Shown piece after piece: positions 38,370 to 48,026 of a DNA stretch of 64,000 nt; positions within the stretch are counted from its first letter, which is position 1; each line of letters opens with the position of its first letter. The notes beneath the pieces are model-generated. The model worked only from the letters and a program-made list of their open reading frames with translations. It was not told the origin of the DNA and made no database searches. The stretch comes from Thermoplasmatota archaeon (GTDB lineage: Archaea; Thermoplasmatota; JAKEGO01). Both the position numbers and the translations under genes were made by a program. The stretch lies in assembly GCA_028279595.1 (NCBI GenBank), contig JANQNK010000020.1:128001-192000 (forward strand). Direction: 5' to 3'.

Positions 38370-39322
38370 TATTGCCTGTACCTGGTAGACCCCTTCCCTG
38401 GATACCTTCTTTCGTACCCGGCCCTAGGCGGCCTCGGCGGTCTGTTGTACTTTTTCCGGTAGACCTGCCGTCGGTCGCGTTCGAAGGTCGTCCTCCGAGG
38501 TCTGCGTTTGACCTGCTTGGCCATCGTGTAGTTGAATTGCAAATTGCACTTGGGACACCGGGTACGACCACCCTTGACCTTGGGTGAATTGGCAACTGAA
38601 TGGGCAGTGAACTCGTAACTGCAGTTCGGGCAATAGACGTTCTTCGCTATGGAGAACTTCCGCCTTTCCGCGATGTACCTTACGAGGGGGTCCTCGACAG
38701 GTTCTGGCGGCCGTCTATCCCTGACATGCTTCGTCGACGGTACCGTATAGAGCTTCCTCTTGATGTTCGCCGTGATCCTCTTGAACTTCCTGTGCTCCAT
38801 CTTGAACCCGAAGAACCCTGTTGCCCTGATGTCTGAATCGTATTCCATCTTGACCTCGACACGCTTGCGGCCGACCTCGCCGACCGATATGGTCGCTATG
38901 CTTCGCTGATGGGGAAGCCGGCGGGACCCGATCACCACCGCGTCGCCGGGATAGACCGTGCCGTGACGCCGTCCGGACCATATGACCTTGAGACCTCCCT
39001 CGTCGAAGAGGGATCCAAGCATTGTCCTCACATCGTCGATGTTCCCCTTCACGATGATGTTGATCGATCTACCAGAGGTCCTGATGTCCCAGATTATATT
39101 GGCCAATATCAATGCATCCATGAACACCGCGTAGGCGATGGTCCGCGCCACGATCGGCGTCCGCAAGCGGAACGAGAAGATGGCATAAGCGATTAGGAGA
39201 ACCTGCAATGAGATGATCAGGGCGAGCTCGATGTACAACCGTCTGTTCACTCGCGATTGGGGCTGCCTTTGTTTGTATCGATGGGTTGGTGGAGGTGGAG
39301 TGTGCATGTAGTCCCTCTTCAC
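38366..39322 (-). CDS. Hypothetical membrane protein (2 TM) with Zn ribbon and Arg-rich tail
   Basis: Two TM; CPNC...CPKC; GTG start overlapping the upstream stop. Confidence 0.7.
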   Translation of the reverse strand: MKRDYMHTPPPPTHRYKQRQPQSRVNRRLYIELALIISLQVLLIAYAIFSFRLRTPIVARTIAYAVFMDALILANIIWDIRTSGRSINIIVKGNIDDVRTMLGSLFDEGGLKVIWSGRRHGTVYPGDAVVIGSRRLPHQRSIATISVGEVGRKRVEVKMEYDSDIRATGFFGFKMEHRKFKRITANIKRKLYTVPSTKHVRDRRPPEPVEDPLVRYIAERRKFSIAKNVYCPNCSYEFTAHSVANSPKVKGGRTRCPKCNLQFNYTMAKQVKRRPRRTTFERDRRQVYRKKYNRPPRPPRAGYERRYPGKGSTRYRQY

Positions 39323-39591
39323 ATTCCGCCCTCCCTCATCCAATCATCGTGGTGAATGGCCGGGCCGTCGCTGGTGTCGATCTGTCCCTTCCTCCCGAAT
39401 CCTCGGTACATCACCTCAGCGATCACAAGTCCAACGGCAAATACGAGTAGATATGACATTTCTCGGTCCTGCGCTCCGTTTACCGCTATCCACGTGATCG
39501 AGAACGCCACCAGACAAATGGGGACCGCTAGCAATATGATGGTACCCAGGTCCATCTCTCCCTTTGCATTCCTCGATACGATGCTCCTCAT
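39319..39591 (-). CDS. Small two-TM membrane protein
   Basis: MRSIVSRNAKGEMDLGTIILLAV...; fills the gap after cysK copy 2. Confidence 0.65.
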   Translation of the reverse strand: MRSIVSRNAKGEMDLGTIILLAVPICLVAFSITWIAVNGAQDREMSYLLVFAVGLVIAEVMYRGFGRKGQIDTSDGPAIHHDDWMREGGM

Positions 39592-39641
39592 CGGTCCCTG
39601 CACCAACTCTCTATTGCCGTGTCTGGATAAAAAACCGTCGC

Positions 39642-40559
39642 TCAGTAGAGGTCTTCCATGGAGAGGTATCGCTCGCCAGAATCGGCGAACACCGCAACGA
39701 TCAACTTCCCCTCGTTCTCCGGTCTCCTTGAAAGTTCGCGAGCCCCCCAGGCGGTCATCCCGGACGTGATCCCGGCTAAGACCCCCTCGGTCCGGGCTAC
39801 CTCCCTGCAAGTCTCGAACGCATCCTCTTCTGTAACAGTGATGACCTCGTCGAGGAGGGACCTGTCAAGCAGTTTCGGTACGAATCCAGGGCTGGTCCCT
39901 GCCTGTCTGTGAGGTCGGAAAATGCCTTGCGAGATCATCGGAGCGATAGCGGGCTCTACACCCACCACCCTGAACGATGGTTTGAGCGGTTTGATGTACT
40001 CCGCCGTCCCCATGAGCGTACCTGTGGTCCCGAGTCCGGCGACCATGATGTCGATCTCGCCGTCGGTGTCATTCCATAGCTCCGGTCCCGTCGTCTCCCG
40101 GTGGGCCATCGTGTTCGCGGGATTGGAGTGCTGTTCTATGTAGAACGAATCGTCGATCTCGTCCAGCAGCTCGAGCGCCCTTCTCTTCGCCCCGGCAGTA
40201 CCCTCCGCGGCTGGTGTCAGCTCCAGCTCCGCGCCGAAAGTACTCAGAAGCCGTTTCCTCTCGACGGTCTGGATCTCGGACATACAGATCATCAATCTGT
40301 AGCCCTTCATCGCGCAGATGTGGGCGAGGGCAAGACCCGTGTTCCCGGAGGTCGCCTCGATTATCGTGGTATCCTGGGTGATCCTACCGTCCTTCTCGCC
40401 CTCCGCGATCATGTACGAGACGGGACGGTCCTTGACGCTGTAGGGGTTGAACATCTCCATCTTGGCCGCAAGTCGCGCCGGCAGTCCTTCGCCGAAGCGA
40501 TCCAGATACATGAGAGGAGTGTTGCCGATAAGGTCCGATATCCCCTTCGCGATGTTCAA
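39642..40559 (-). CDS. cysK: Cysteine synthase family protein, copy 2
   Basis: LIGNTPL, SVKDR, EATSGNTG, GTTGT, DSGERYLS; TTG start with GGTGA site. Confidence 0.88.
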   Translation of the reverse strand: MNIAKGISDLIGNTPLMYLDRFGEGLPARLAAKMEMFNPYSVKDRPVSYMIAEGEKDGRITQDTTIIEATSGNTGLALAHICAMKGYRLMICMSEIQTVERKRLLSTFGAELELTPAAEGTAGAKRRALELLDEIDDSFYIEQHSNPANTMAHRETTGPELWNDTDGEIDIMVAGLGTTGTLMGTAEYIKPLKPSFRVVGVEPAIAPMISQGIFRPHRQAGTSPGFVPKLLDRSLLDEVITVTEEDAFETCREVARTEGVLAGITSGMTAWGARELSRRPENEGKLIVAVFADSGERYLSMEDLY

Positions 40560-40623
40560 ACTGTCACCAAGACCTTAACCCGTGGCTTGATTAAAAGGAT
40601 TGGGCAGGACCGAGGGGACCGCA

Positions 40624-41739
40624 TCAGGAGGTCCTGCCCGGAAAAGTTCGATTTACCACTGGTGTGATCCTCCGGGTCCTCCAGCGTTTCCCCAGGGCAG
40701 AAACGGCCCGGCTGGATCCCTCGGTGATCACGAATATACTGTATATGTAAGCAAAGAGCAGGGCGATCGACCTGTAGTTCAGGTATGGCCATTCGGAATA
40801 GGACTTCATCATCCCTCCGAAGGCGATCAACGGACCGAGGGAGGTGTAGACCATATCGGGGTCATGCTCCGCGTTGTACGGCGCACCGGAAGCGTTGTAG
40901 ATGATCGTCGTCCTTCGTTCCAGGATCTCCTCCATGATGGCCTCCTCGGTGAAGGTCGTCGCGTTCAGTAGGGTCCATCCGTGGACGTTCATCCCGGCGG
41001 GATCGTGCATGTCCGAACCGGTCGCGAGGCCGATCCCGTAACCCTGGGCGATGTTGAACGAGTCGATGTCGTAACCCATCTCCTTGGCGTTCTTACTGTT
41101 GACGATCTCGAAGTAGTCGATACCCCATTCGATCAGTTCGGTCCTCGACGGGATGTCGGCACCGTCGTCTACCGAACGCGGGTAATGGTTCACCATAACG
41201 ACCCCACCAACGGCATGAGCGTCGTGGATTACCTGCCTGATATCGTCGTCCGAGGGATGCGATGGAACGTGGTTCCCCATCCAGGAGAAGTGCCGGACGA
41301 AATCGTCCGATGTCCCTATGATGTTCATGTGGATCCTCTCGGTGGTCCATTCCATACCGATGATCACCTTGAACGAGTCATTGTATCTGGCTCGGGCGAT
41401 GTCCCTCGCTGCGAGGGCTCCCGATATCGTGTTGTGGTCCGTTATCACCGCAGCGTTGAAACCGTGTGCAATGTGCCATTGGATGTTCTGTTCTGGGGTG
41501 AGGACCCCGTCGCTGCTCGTGGTATGGCTATGGAAGTCGATCACTACGGACCAGACCGATCCGTTGTAATCCGGTCCGTTGTTCATTCCGTCCCAGTCGC
41601 CGTTCTTGTATGCATACGGCGACCTGTAGACGTCGTGTGCCATGAGCCCGGTCGTCATGAACATCATGACGATCAGCGTGAAGGCGATCAACCTCCCCTT
41701 CACGGAGCCATGGCTACCGTTTACAGCATTACCTCTCAT
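40624..41739 (-). CDS. PHP-domain metal-dependent phosphoesterase, membrane-anchored
   Basis: DFHSHT, ITDHN, GMEWT...H, VNHY, GSDMH; N- and C-terminal TM. Confidence 0.88.
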   Translation of the reverse strand: MRGNAVNGSHGSVKGRLIAFTLIVMMFMTTGLMAHDVYRSPYAYKNGDWDGMNNGPDYNGSVWSVVIDFHSHTTSSDGVLTPEQNIQWHIAHGFNAAVITDHNTISGALAARDIARARYNDSFKVIIGMEWTTERIHMNIIGTSDDFVRHFSWMGNHVPSHPSDDDIRQVIHDAHAVGGVVMVNHYPRSVDDGADIPSRTELIEWGIDYFEIVNSKNAKEMGYDIDSFNIAQGYGIGLATGSDMHDPAGMNVHGWTLLNATTFTEEAIMEEILERRTTIIYNASGAPYNAEHDPDMVYTSLGPLIAFGGMMKSYSEWPYLNYRSIALLFAYIYSIFVITEGSSRAVSALGKRWRTRRITPVVNRTFPGRTS

Positions 41740-41771
41740 TGGATCCCCACCTGGTTCGCACTAAGTCCGTC

Positions 41772-42590
41772 TCACCAGATATATCCGTAGCTGACCAGCT
41801 TCGCTTCCTCGTCCTGGATCAGTCCGACCCCCGGAGCATAGGTCTTGTACTCCGTCTCGTCGTCCTCGAGGGGATTGTTCTCGGCCACTTTCAGGCATCC
41901 GTTGAACGTCCCCGCGGGTACCGTCATGGTCACGTCGACCTTCGCGTGTTTCGCACGGTCCATCGCCACCCCGGGAGCCACCTCCTGATAGTAAGCGGAC
42001 CCGAGTGTTATGAGCCCGGGCATCATGAGTCCGGCCTTCGCTCCGTCCACCCCGTGCTCCCATTCTCCCTCGTGGGAAACGATCTCGCCGTTCTCGTAGT
42101 CGTCCACTGCCTCGCCGAAGTAGAAGACACTGTTCGTCTCGACGTCGATCGCCATCCAGTTCCTCGAGACCTCGATCAGTTCTCCGTCGAGCCATTCCCT
42201 CTCTTCGTACACGCGGGCCTCTATCCCTCCCACCGTGTACGTGTCGTTGAGGATGGTTATCTGCAGTCTCAGCTCCTCTCCGTCATCAGTGCCTTCCAGG
42301 GTCATCCTGTATCCAGGCTCGAGTATCCAGAACTCGTTGCTGCCGTTGGATTTCCACGTCCTGGATGCGATCGCGAAGTCCCTTGTGTATACCGCCCTGC
42401 TGCCCTCGTCCTCTTCATCGTCCTCGAAGATGTCCTCGAAGGGGCCGTCGTCCATGCTGCCAGCCATCACGACGCTGAGGACCGCAAGACCGATGACCAG
42501 TCCGATCACGAACATGACCTTCGGCTTCTCGTTCCATTTGGGCTCAGGGCGCCTTCGCAGCGCCCGCTTCCTCGTCTCGTTCTTGTCCAT
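41772..42590 (-). CDS. Membrane-anchored extracellular hypothetical protein
   Basis: N-terminal TM; YFGE...W.HG.DGAKAG...YYQE...TVPAGTF..CL...YAPGVGLI. Confidence 0.8.
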   Translation of the reverse strand: MDKNETRKRALRRRPEPKWNEKPKVMFVIGLVIGLAVLSVVMAGSMDDGPFEDIFEDDEEDEGSRAVYTRDFAIASRTWKSNGSNEFWILEPGYRMTLEGTDDGEELRLQITILNDTYTVGGIEARVYEEREWLDGELIEVSRNWMAIDVETNSVFYFGEAVDDYENGEIVSHEGEWEHGVDGAKAGLMMPGLITLGSAYYQEVAPGVAMDRAKHAKVDVTMTVPAGTFNGCLKVAENNPLEDDETEYKTYAPGVGLIQDEEAKLVSYGYIW

Positions 42591-42647
42591 TTCATCACAC
42601 CTTTTTCGCTGATGACAACTTTTTCGACGACGGTATTAGTACTCTAT

Positions 42648-42682
42648 GACACAAAAGGTGAAATATAGTACAAAGCGGAAAA
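42648..42682 (-). promoter_or_regulatory. Two operator-like boxes, shared with 43537-43552
   Basis: + strand GACACAAAAGGTGAAA and AGTACAAAGCGGAAAA versus GGCACAAAGTGTGAAG. Confidence 0.55.
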
Positions 42683-42685
42683 TGT

Positions 42686-43207
42686 TCAGCGCTCGAAGTA
42701 GATGTCCAGTGCATTGTCCACGAACCCATCCCAGAACGATCTCTTGTACAGGATGAGGAGCTCGACGACCTCGCGCTCGTTCATCACGGTGAAGAGATGC
42801 TCCCTGCCGGAGCGCTTCTGCCTCACAACCCCCTGCTCCCTCAGCACCTTCAGGTACTTCGAGAGCGTCGAATGCTTCAGGGACAGGCGTTCCGCTATCC
42901 CCGAGTGGGTGGTCCCCGGATTCGCCATGATGTCCAATATAATATCACGGAATCTCTTCTGTCTCAGATAGGGCGCCACCTTCTTGCTGGCTGCAGAAAG
43001 CTTGCCGGCCGCGAAGTACACCTTGAGGTTCTTCTCCTCCCGGCCTACGATGAGCTCCTTCTCCTCGAGGTAGTCCAGGTGGTACCTGAGGGTGCTCAGA
43101 TGGATATCGAGGTCCCGGGATATGCGCCTCAGATGGGTCCCTGGATTCCTCTCTATGTAGTCGTATATGGTACGATGGTTCTCCAGCCTGATGTCCTCTT
43201 CGCTCAT
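42686..43207 (-). CDS. Double winged-helix (ArsR/MarR-like) transcription regulator
   Basis: IYDYIERNPGTHLRRISRDL...STLRYHL; NPGTTHSGIAERLSLKHSTLSKYL. Confidence 0.88.
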   Translation of the reverse strand: MSEEDIRLENHRTIYDYIERNPGTHLRRISRDLDIHLSTLRYHLDYLEEKELIVGREEKNLKVYFAAGKLSAASKKVAPYLRQKRFRDIILDIMANPGTTHSGIAERLSLKHSTLSKYLKVLREQGVVRQKRSGREHLFTVMNEREVVELLILYKRSFWDGFVDNALDIYFER

Positions 43208-43491
43208 CAGTCGCTCCCCTTGGACACAAGGGAGAGTGTTATCAGAACGACTATCGCTATCTGGATCATCGCGATCCATGCCCACCATGGGTCCTCGCTG
43301 AAGTCGGCCACGATGAATCGGACGGCCAGTGCGGCGGCCTCGACCAGTACGAGGAGGAATGCGAGCGCTGTGTAAAGCAGTCGTTTGCTCTTCACACTCA
43401 GGTAAGCCCTGAAGAAGATGATCACCGGCAACAACGAAACGATCGCTGCCAGGAGCCACAATATCCCATTGACCTCGAACTCGATCTCCAT
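43207..43491 (-). CDS. Small three-TM membrane protein coupled to the wHTH regulator
   Basis: Three hydrophobic helices; GGTGA site; TGATG overlap. Confidence 0.75.
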   Translation of the reverse strand: MEIEFEVNGILWLLAAIVSLLPVIIFFRAYLSVKSKRLLYTALAFLLVLVEAAALAVRFIVADFSEDPWWAWIAMIQIAIVVLITLSLVSKGSD

Positions 43492-43561
43492 CCTTTCACC
43501 ATCGATGGATTGCACTCAGCGGTTATTATGGGTTGTGGCACAAAGTGTGAAGGGAATTCGG

Positions 43562-44155
43562 CTACTTCTTCTTCGTTCGAGGAAGCATCCTGTAGCGGTT
43601 GTAGTATTTTCGCCGTCTGGTCACACCGACATTGTTGTGCGGCTTGAACTGGCCGCTCACGGACCTGAGGTCCTCTACGGTGAACGCTGCCTTCGGATTG
43701 TTCCTCTTCACGTTCCTGATTATGCCCCTGACCTCCTTCCGCCTCAGAGGCATGTAGATGATGTTGACTGGACCCTCGTCGCTGTCAGCATCGATGATGG
43801 TGTACTTGTGGCCCTCGCTCTCGAGATATTCGATCGTCTCGACCGCTGTGCGCCTCGTTATCACCCGCAGGACGACGTAACCGATGGAGATGCGCTCCTC
43901 CAGGTGGATCCCGACGTAGTTGCCGATGGCGAAACCGAGGCCGTAAGCGACGTAGTTCACCCAGTTGGTGAGGTTCTGGATTATCTGGCCAATGGCTATC
44001 AGCCAGATGATGACCTCGAAGAATCCGAGTGAGGCCGATGCCAGCTTCATCCCCTTCGACACGTATATGATCCGAAGGGTCCCGATCGTAACGTCCGTTA
44101 TGCGGGCGGCGCAGATAAGCACCGGGACGATGAGCAGCATCGGATCGAAAGCCAT
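43562..44155 (-). CDS. UPF0316/DUF2179-family membrane protein
   Basis: ARITDVTIGTLRII...GFFEVIIW...YGLGFAIGNYVG...NPKAAFTVED. Confidence 0.9.
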   Translation of the reverse strand: MAFDPMLLIVPVLICAARITDVTIGTLRIIYVSKGMKLASASLGFFEVIIWLIAIGQIIQNLTNWVNYVAYGLGFAIGNYVGIHLEERISIGYVVLRVITRRTAVETIEYLESEGHKYTIIDADSDEGPVNIIYMPLRRKEVRGIIRNVKRNNPKAAFTVEDLRSVSGQFKPHNNVGVTRRRKYYNRYRMLPRTKKK

Positions 44156-44246
44156 TCTGACCCTCCTTTCGGACGCCCTCACACCAGTGACGGGTATTTA
44201 AGACTTGCCGTGGGATAACAGCATATGCCAGACATCGTAAGGCAGA

Positions 44247-46151
44247 TCAGTCTTCCTTACCGTATCCGATGGTCCCGACCGCGTCCTCGATCTCGTCGAG
44301 CGATGTCGGATCGTCTATGGTCGAGGGGGTGCTGTAGTTCGCACCGTCCGCGATCTTCCTTATCGTCCCCCGAAGCACTTTTCCGGAGCGTGTCTTCGGG
44401 AGCCTGTCGACGAAGGCTGCCTGCTTGAAGCATGCTATGGGTCCGACCTCTCCCCTTACACGCTGGACGAGGTCTGTCAGGATCTCCTCCTCGGGTGTCG
44501 TCGCACCCTTCTTCAGGACCACGAAGCCGATGGGGACCTGACCCTTGAGCTTGTCGTGGGCTCCGACCACCGCGCACTCCGCCACGTCTGGATGGTGGGA
44601 TATGATCTCCTCCATCGCTCCCGTGGACAGCCTGTGGCCGGCCACGTTTATCACGTCGTCGACGCGGCCCATGACGAATACGTAGCCGTCCTCGTCGATG
44701 TAACCGCCGTCGCCTGTGAAATAGTATCCCGGGAACGGGTCCATGTAGGATTCGATGTACCGCTTCTCGTTCTGCCAGAGGCCTGTGAAACAGCCAGGGG
44801 GCAGCGGGAGCTTGACGCCGATGATCCCTTCCTGGCCCCTCGGCAGCTCCTTGCCGTCGGGATCGAGAATGTGGACATCGTAGCCAGGAACCGGCATCGT
44901 CGCGGATCCCGGTTTCACCTCGAACGTGGTGAGGTCCCTGAAGTTGCCGGTGATGGCCCAGGCGGTCTCGGTCTGCCACCAGTGGTCGTAGACAGGGACA
45001 CCGAGGAGCTTCGTCGCCCAGAAGTACGTGTCAGGATCGGTCCTCTCGCCTGCGAGGAAGAGGGTCTCGAACTTGGAGAGGTCGTACTTACTCATGAACT
45101 CACCCTCGGGGTCCTCCCTCTTGATGGCCCTGAATGCCGTCGGGGCGGTGAACATGACCTTGACGCCGTGCTCCGAGATGACGCGCCAGAAGGCTCCCGC
45201 GTCCGGGGTACCGATCGGCTTCCCCTCGTACATCACGGTGGTCGCACCGAGAAGGAGCGGGGCGTAGATGATGTAGGAATGGCCGACGACCCATCCGACG
45301 TCCGATGCGGTCCACCAGATGTCGCCGGGCTCGATGCCGTATATGTGCTTCATGGTCCAGAGCAGTGCTACAGCGTGTCCGCCGTTGTCCCGTACCACTC
45401 CCTTCGGGATGCCTGTCGTGCCGGAGGTGTAAAGGATGTAGAGCGGGTCCGTTGCCTTCACCGGAACGCAGTCCGCGGGCTCTGCCGCATCGACGACCTC
45501 GTTCCAGTCGAGATCCCGGCCCTCGACCATATCGGACGTCACTTCCGGGCGCTGGTACATGATGACGTGGTCCGGCTTCCACTCGGCTATGTCGATAGCC
45601 TGGTCGAGAAGTGGATGATATGGAATTATCTTCTTTCCCTCGATGCCGCAGGAAGCGGACACGATGACCTTCGGCTTGGCGTCGTCGATCCTTATGGCCA
45701 GCTCCTTCGGGGCGAACCCTCCGAAGACGACCGAGTGGATGGCCCCGATACGAGCGCAGGCGAACATCGCGACCAGCGCCTCCGGGATCATCGGCATGTA
45801 TATGACGACGGTGTCGCCCTTCTCCACTCCCTGGTCCCTGAGGGCTCCGGCGAACCTCGCCACCCTGTGCCTGATCTCGGAGTACGTGAACTTCTCGATC
45901 GTACCGCCGGTGACGGGGCTGTCATATATGAGCGCGATCTGGTCACCACGACCGTTCTCGCAATGCCTGTCGAGGGCGTTGTAGCATGTGTTGAGCTCGC
46001 CCCCGACGAACCACCTGTAGTGTGGTGGGTCGGTGAAGTCCAAGACCTGGTCCCACTTCCTGTGCCAGTCCAGACCTTCCGCGACCTCTCCCCAGAACCG
46101 TTCCGGTTCGTCGATGGACATCCTGAATGCTTCGTCGTAGTTCATTTGCAT
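44247..46151 (-). CDS. prpE: Propionyl-CoA synthetase (AMP-forming)
   Basis: YTSGTTGIPKGVVRDNGGHAVAL, SDVGWVVGHSY, DHWWQTE, LPKTRSGK. Confidence 0.9.
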   Translation of the reverse strand: MQMNYDEAFRMSIDEPERFWGEVAEGLDWHRKWDQVLDFTDPPHYRWFVGGELNTCYNALDRHCENGRGDQIALIYDSPVTGGTIEKFTYSEIRHRVARFAGALRDQGVEKGDTVVIYMPMIPEALVAMFACARIGAIHSVVFGGFAPKELAIRIDDAKPKVIVSASCGIEGKKIIPYHPLLDQAIDIAEWKPDHVIMYQRPEVTSDMVEGRDLDWNEVVDAAEPADCVPVKATDPLYILYTSGTTGIPKGVVRDNGGHAVALLWTMKHIYGIEPGDIWWTASDVGWVVGHSYIIYAPLLLGATTVMYEGKPIGTPDAGAFWRVISEHGVKVMFTAPTAFRAIKREDPEGEFMSKYDLSKFETLFLAGERTDPDTYFWATKLLGVPVYDHWWQTETAWAITGNFRDLTTFEVKPGSATMPVPGYDVHILDPDGKELPRGQEGIIGVKLPLPPGCFTGLWQNEKRYIESYMDPFPGYYFTGDGGYIDEDGYVFVMGRVDDVINVAGHRLSTGAMEEIISHHPDVAECAVVGAHDKLKGQVPIGFVVLKKGATTPEEEILTDLVQRVRGEVGPIACFKQAAFVDRLPKTRSGKVLRGTIRKIADGANYSTPSTIDDPTSLDEIEDAVGTIGYGKED

Positions 46152-46333
46152 ACCCCCGTTGAGTGCGGTCGGATGGGAGTAGAGAGGTCTCTGTAATAAA
46201 TCTTACCGTTGACGGGGAAAGGGGAACGTTCATTGACGTTCCATTCACGCGCTCACTGACGTCTCGGCCTGTCAGCAACGCGTATCGAGTACGAAGGTTC
46301 CCGTTGGACCTGGGATCGACCTACAAGCGATGT

Positions 46334-47488
46334 CTACATCTCATCGAGAACGCTGTCGATGTTCTCGGCGATGATCTTCTTCTGCACCTCGGGAGCGCCC
46401 TCTCCCAACAGTGCGGCCTTGGCGTCATGAGGATACTCGGCCACCGGATGGGTCGCCATTACACCCCGTGCTCCAAAGGCCTCCGTCGCCCACTGGGTGA
46501 TCCCCATTCCCTCCTCCGTGTTGAAGAGTTTGGCCATGGAAGCGTTGGCCCGGGACTCCCGGCCAGTATCGCTGAGCCACGCGGCCTTCTCGACAAGAAG
46601 CCATCCCGCCTCGAGTCTGGCCAGGTTGTCCGCGAACTCAACCCTCTTGGACTCGTGCTCGAACAGCGTCTTCCCGAATGCCTTCCTCCTGCGTACGTGG
46701 TCGTATGCCATCCTGTACGATCCCAGGGCGGTCCCGAGAGCAAGCGCTGCTATCCCTATCCTGCTGGAATTGAAGATGTCCATAGTCTGGTAGAACCCGC
46801 GTTCCGGTTCGCCTATCATATTCTCGGCCGGTATCCTGACGTCCTCGAACCTGAGAGTGGAGAGATGGGATTCCTTCCATCCGTACTTCTGCATCCTCAT
46901 CCTCGTCAGGCCGTCGGCATCGCCGTCGACCGCGAACTGCGAGATGCCTCGATGCGCCCTGGCGGCTCCGGGGTCCGTCACCGCGGTGAACACCACGTGG
47001 TCGGACAGGTCTCCGTTCGTGATGTAGGCCTTCGTCCCGTTGATCACCCACTCATCACCGTCCCGCTCGGCTGTCGTGGTCAGCGCCGAAGCGTCGGAAC
47101 CTGCCCCCGGTTCGGTGTTCGCGAAGGCGATGACGGCGTCACCGTCCATCCCGGGCACCATGTACCTCTTCTGCTGTTCAGGGGTCCCGAAGAAATGGAA
47201 CGCCTGGACACCGAGCTGGGAGTGGGCGAATGCGGCGATCGCCAGACCGCCGGACAGCTGTGCTAGCTCCCTGTAAGTGTGAATGTTCATCTGCCATGGT
47301 ATCCGGACGTCGCCATCTTCCGTGTGCCTGAACCCGAGAAGTCCCTCCGAGCCGAGGATCTTCCACAATTCGTGCGGAGTGGTCATGTCCGCCTTCCAGG
47401 ACGGATGCTCTGGTCGTAGACGCTCCTCTATGACCCTCTTGACATGCTCGATGAACTCGACCTCTGCCCCTGACCTGCTGAAATCCAA
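46334..47488 (-). CDS. Acyl-CoA dehydrogenase family protein
   Basis: TEPGAGSD, INGTKAYITNG, RKAFGK, ASMAK, GEGAPEVQK. Confidence 0.93.
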   Translation of the reverse strand: MDFSRSGAEVEFIEHVKRVIEERLRPEHPSWKADMTTPHELWKILGSEGLLGFRHTEDGDVRIPWQMNIHTYRELAQLSGGLAIAAFAHSQLGVQAFHFFGTPEQQKRYMVPGMDGDAVIAFANTEPGAGSDASALTTTAERDGDEWVINGTKAYITNGDLSDHVVFTAVTDPGAARAHRGISQFAVDGDADGLTRMRMQKYGWKESHLSTLRFEDVRIPAENMIGEPERGFYQTMDIFNSSRIGIAALALGTALGSYRMAYDHVRRRKAFGKTLFEHESKRVEFADNLARLEAGWLLVEKAAWLSDTGRESRANASMAKLFNTEEGMGITQWATEAFGARGVMATHPVAEYPHDAKAALLGEGAPEVQKKIIAENIDSVLDEM

Positions 47489-47541
47489 TGGCTCACCCCG
47501 TTATGGGACCGGCCCGGGATTATTAATAAATTGGGCCGAAC

Positions 47542-47976
47542 CTATCTTCGGGAGTACGTTCCCATCAGGACAGCCTCGCCGATCTTGTTCTGCTCGACGA
47601 GCTGGTAGAAGTTCCTCGCAGTGATCGTCGGCAGTATCTCCACCCTGAGCGCGTACAGTTTGAAGAAGTAACGGTGTGTCCCTGTCGGCGGGCATGGTCC
47701 GCCGTAGTTCTCCTTGCCGAAGTCGTTCGTGACCTGGCGTGAACCCTCTGGCACCACCCCTCGCGGGATCTCCCTCGCCTCGGAGGATATGTCGCAAAGG
47801 AGCCAGTGGACCCATGTGCCCATGGGTGCGTCCGGATCGTCCACGATCACGGCGAAGCTCGCCGTGTCCCCGGGGACCGCGTCCCATGCGAGATGTGGCG
47901 AAACGTCCTCGCCGTCACAGGAGAACAACCTGGGTATCATGCCTTCGTGCTGAAAGTCCTCGCTCCACAACTTCAT
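47542..47976 (-). CDS. YbhB/YbcL (PEBP/Raf kinase inhibitor-like) protein
   Basis: DDPDAPMGTWVHW, YGGPCPP.GTHRYFF. Confidence 0.95.
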   Translation of the reverse strand: MKLWSEDFQHEGMIPRLFSCDGEDVSPHLAWDAVPGDTASFAVIVDDPDAPMGTWVHWLLCDISSEAREIPRGVVPEGSRQVTNDFGKENYGGPCPPTGTHRYFFKLYALRVEILPTITARNFYQLVEQNKIGEAVLMGTYSRR

Positions 47977-48026
47977 TCGGATCCCCCCTTTCCGGGAACC
48001 GTCATACGGTTAATAATCCTTGCCCT

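Noticed and set aside
39319-39591. KG-EM followed by a hydrophobic stretch as a class III (pilin) signal peptide
   Set aside because: The second TM and tiny size do not fit a pilin; no pilus genes nearby; the motif is too short to be significant.
46220-46290. Hairpins GGAACGT/ACGTTCC and CTGAC/GTCAG upstream of prpE
   Set aside because: Short stems at a level expected in GC-rich DNA; no independent support.
44556-47266. Long antisense ORFs (546 aa and 367 aa; similarly 19500-20930, 14873-15931, 26486-27532, 58956-59852)
   Set aside because: Shadow frames of well-supported genes, expected with strong GC3 codon bias; no motifs or ribosome sites.
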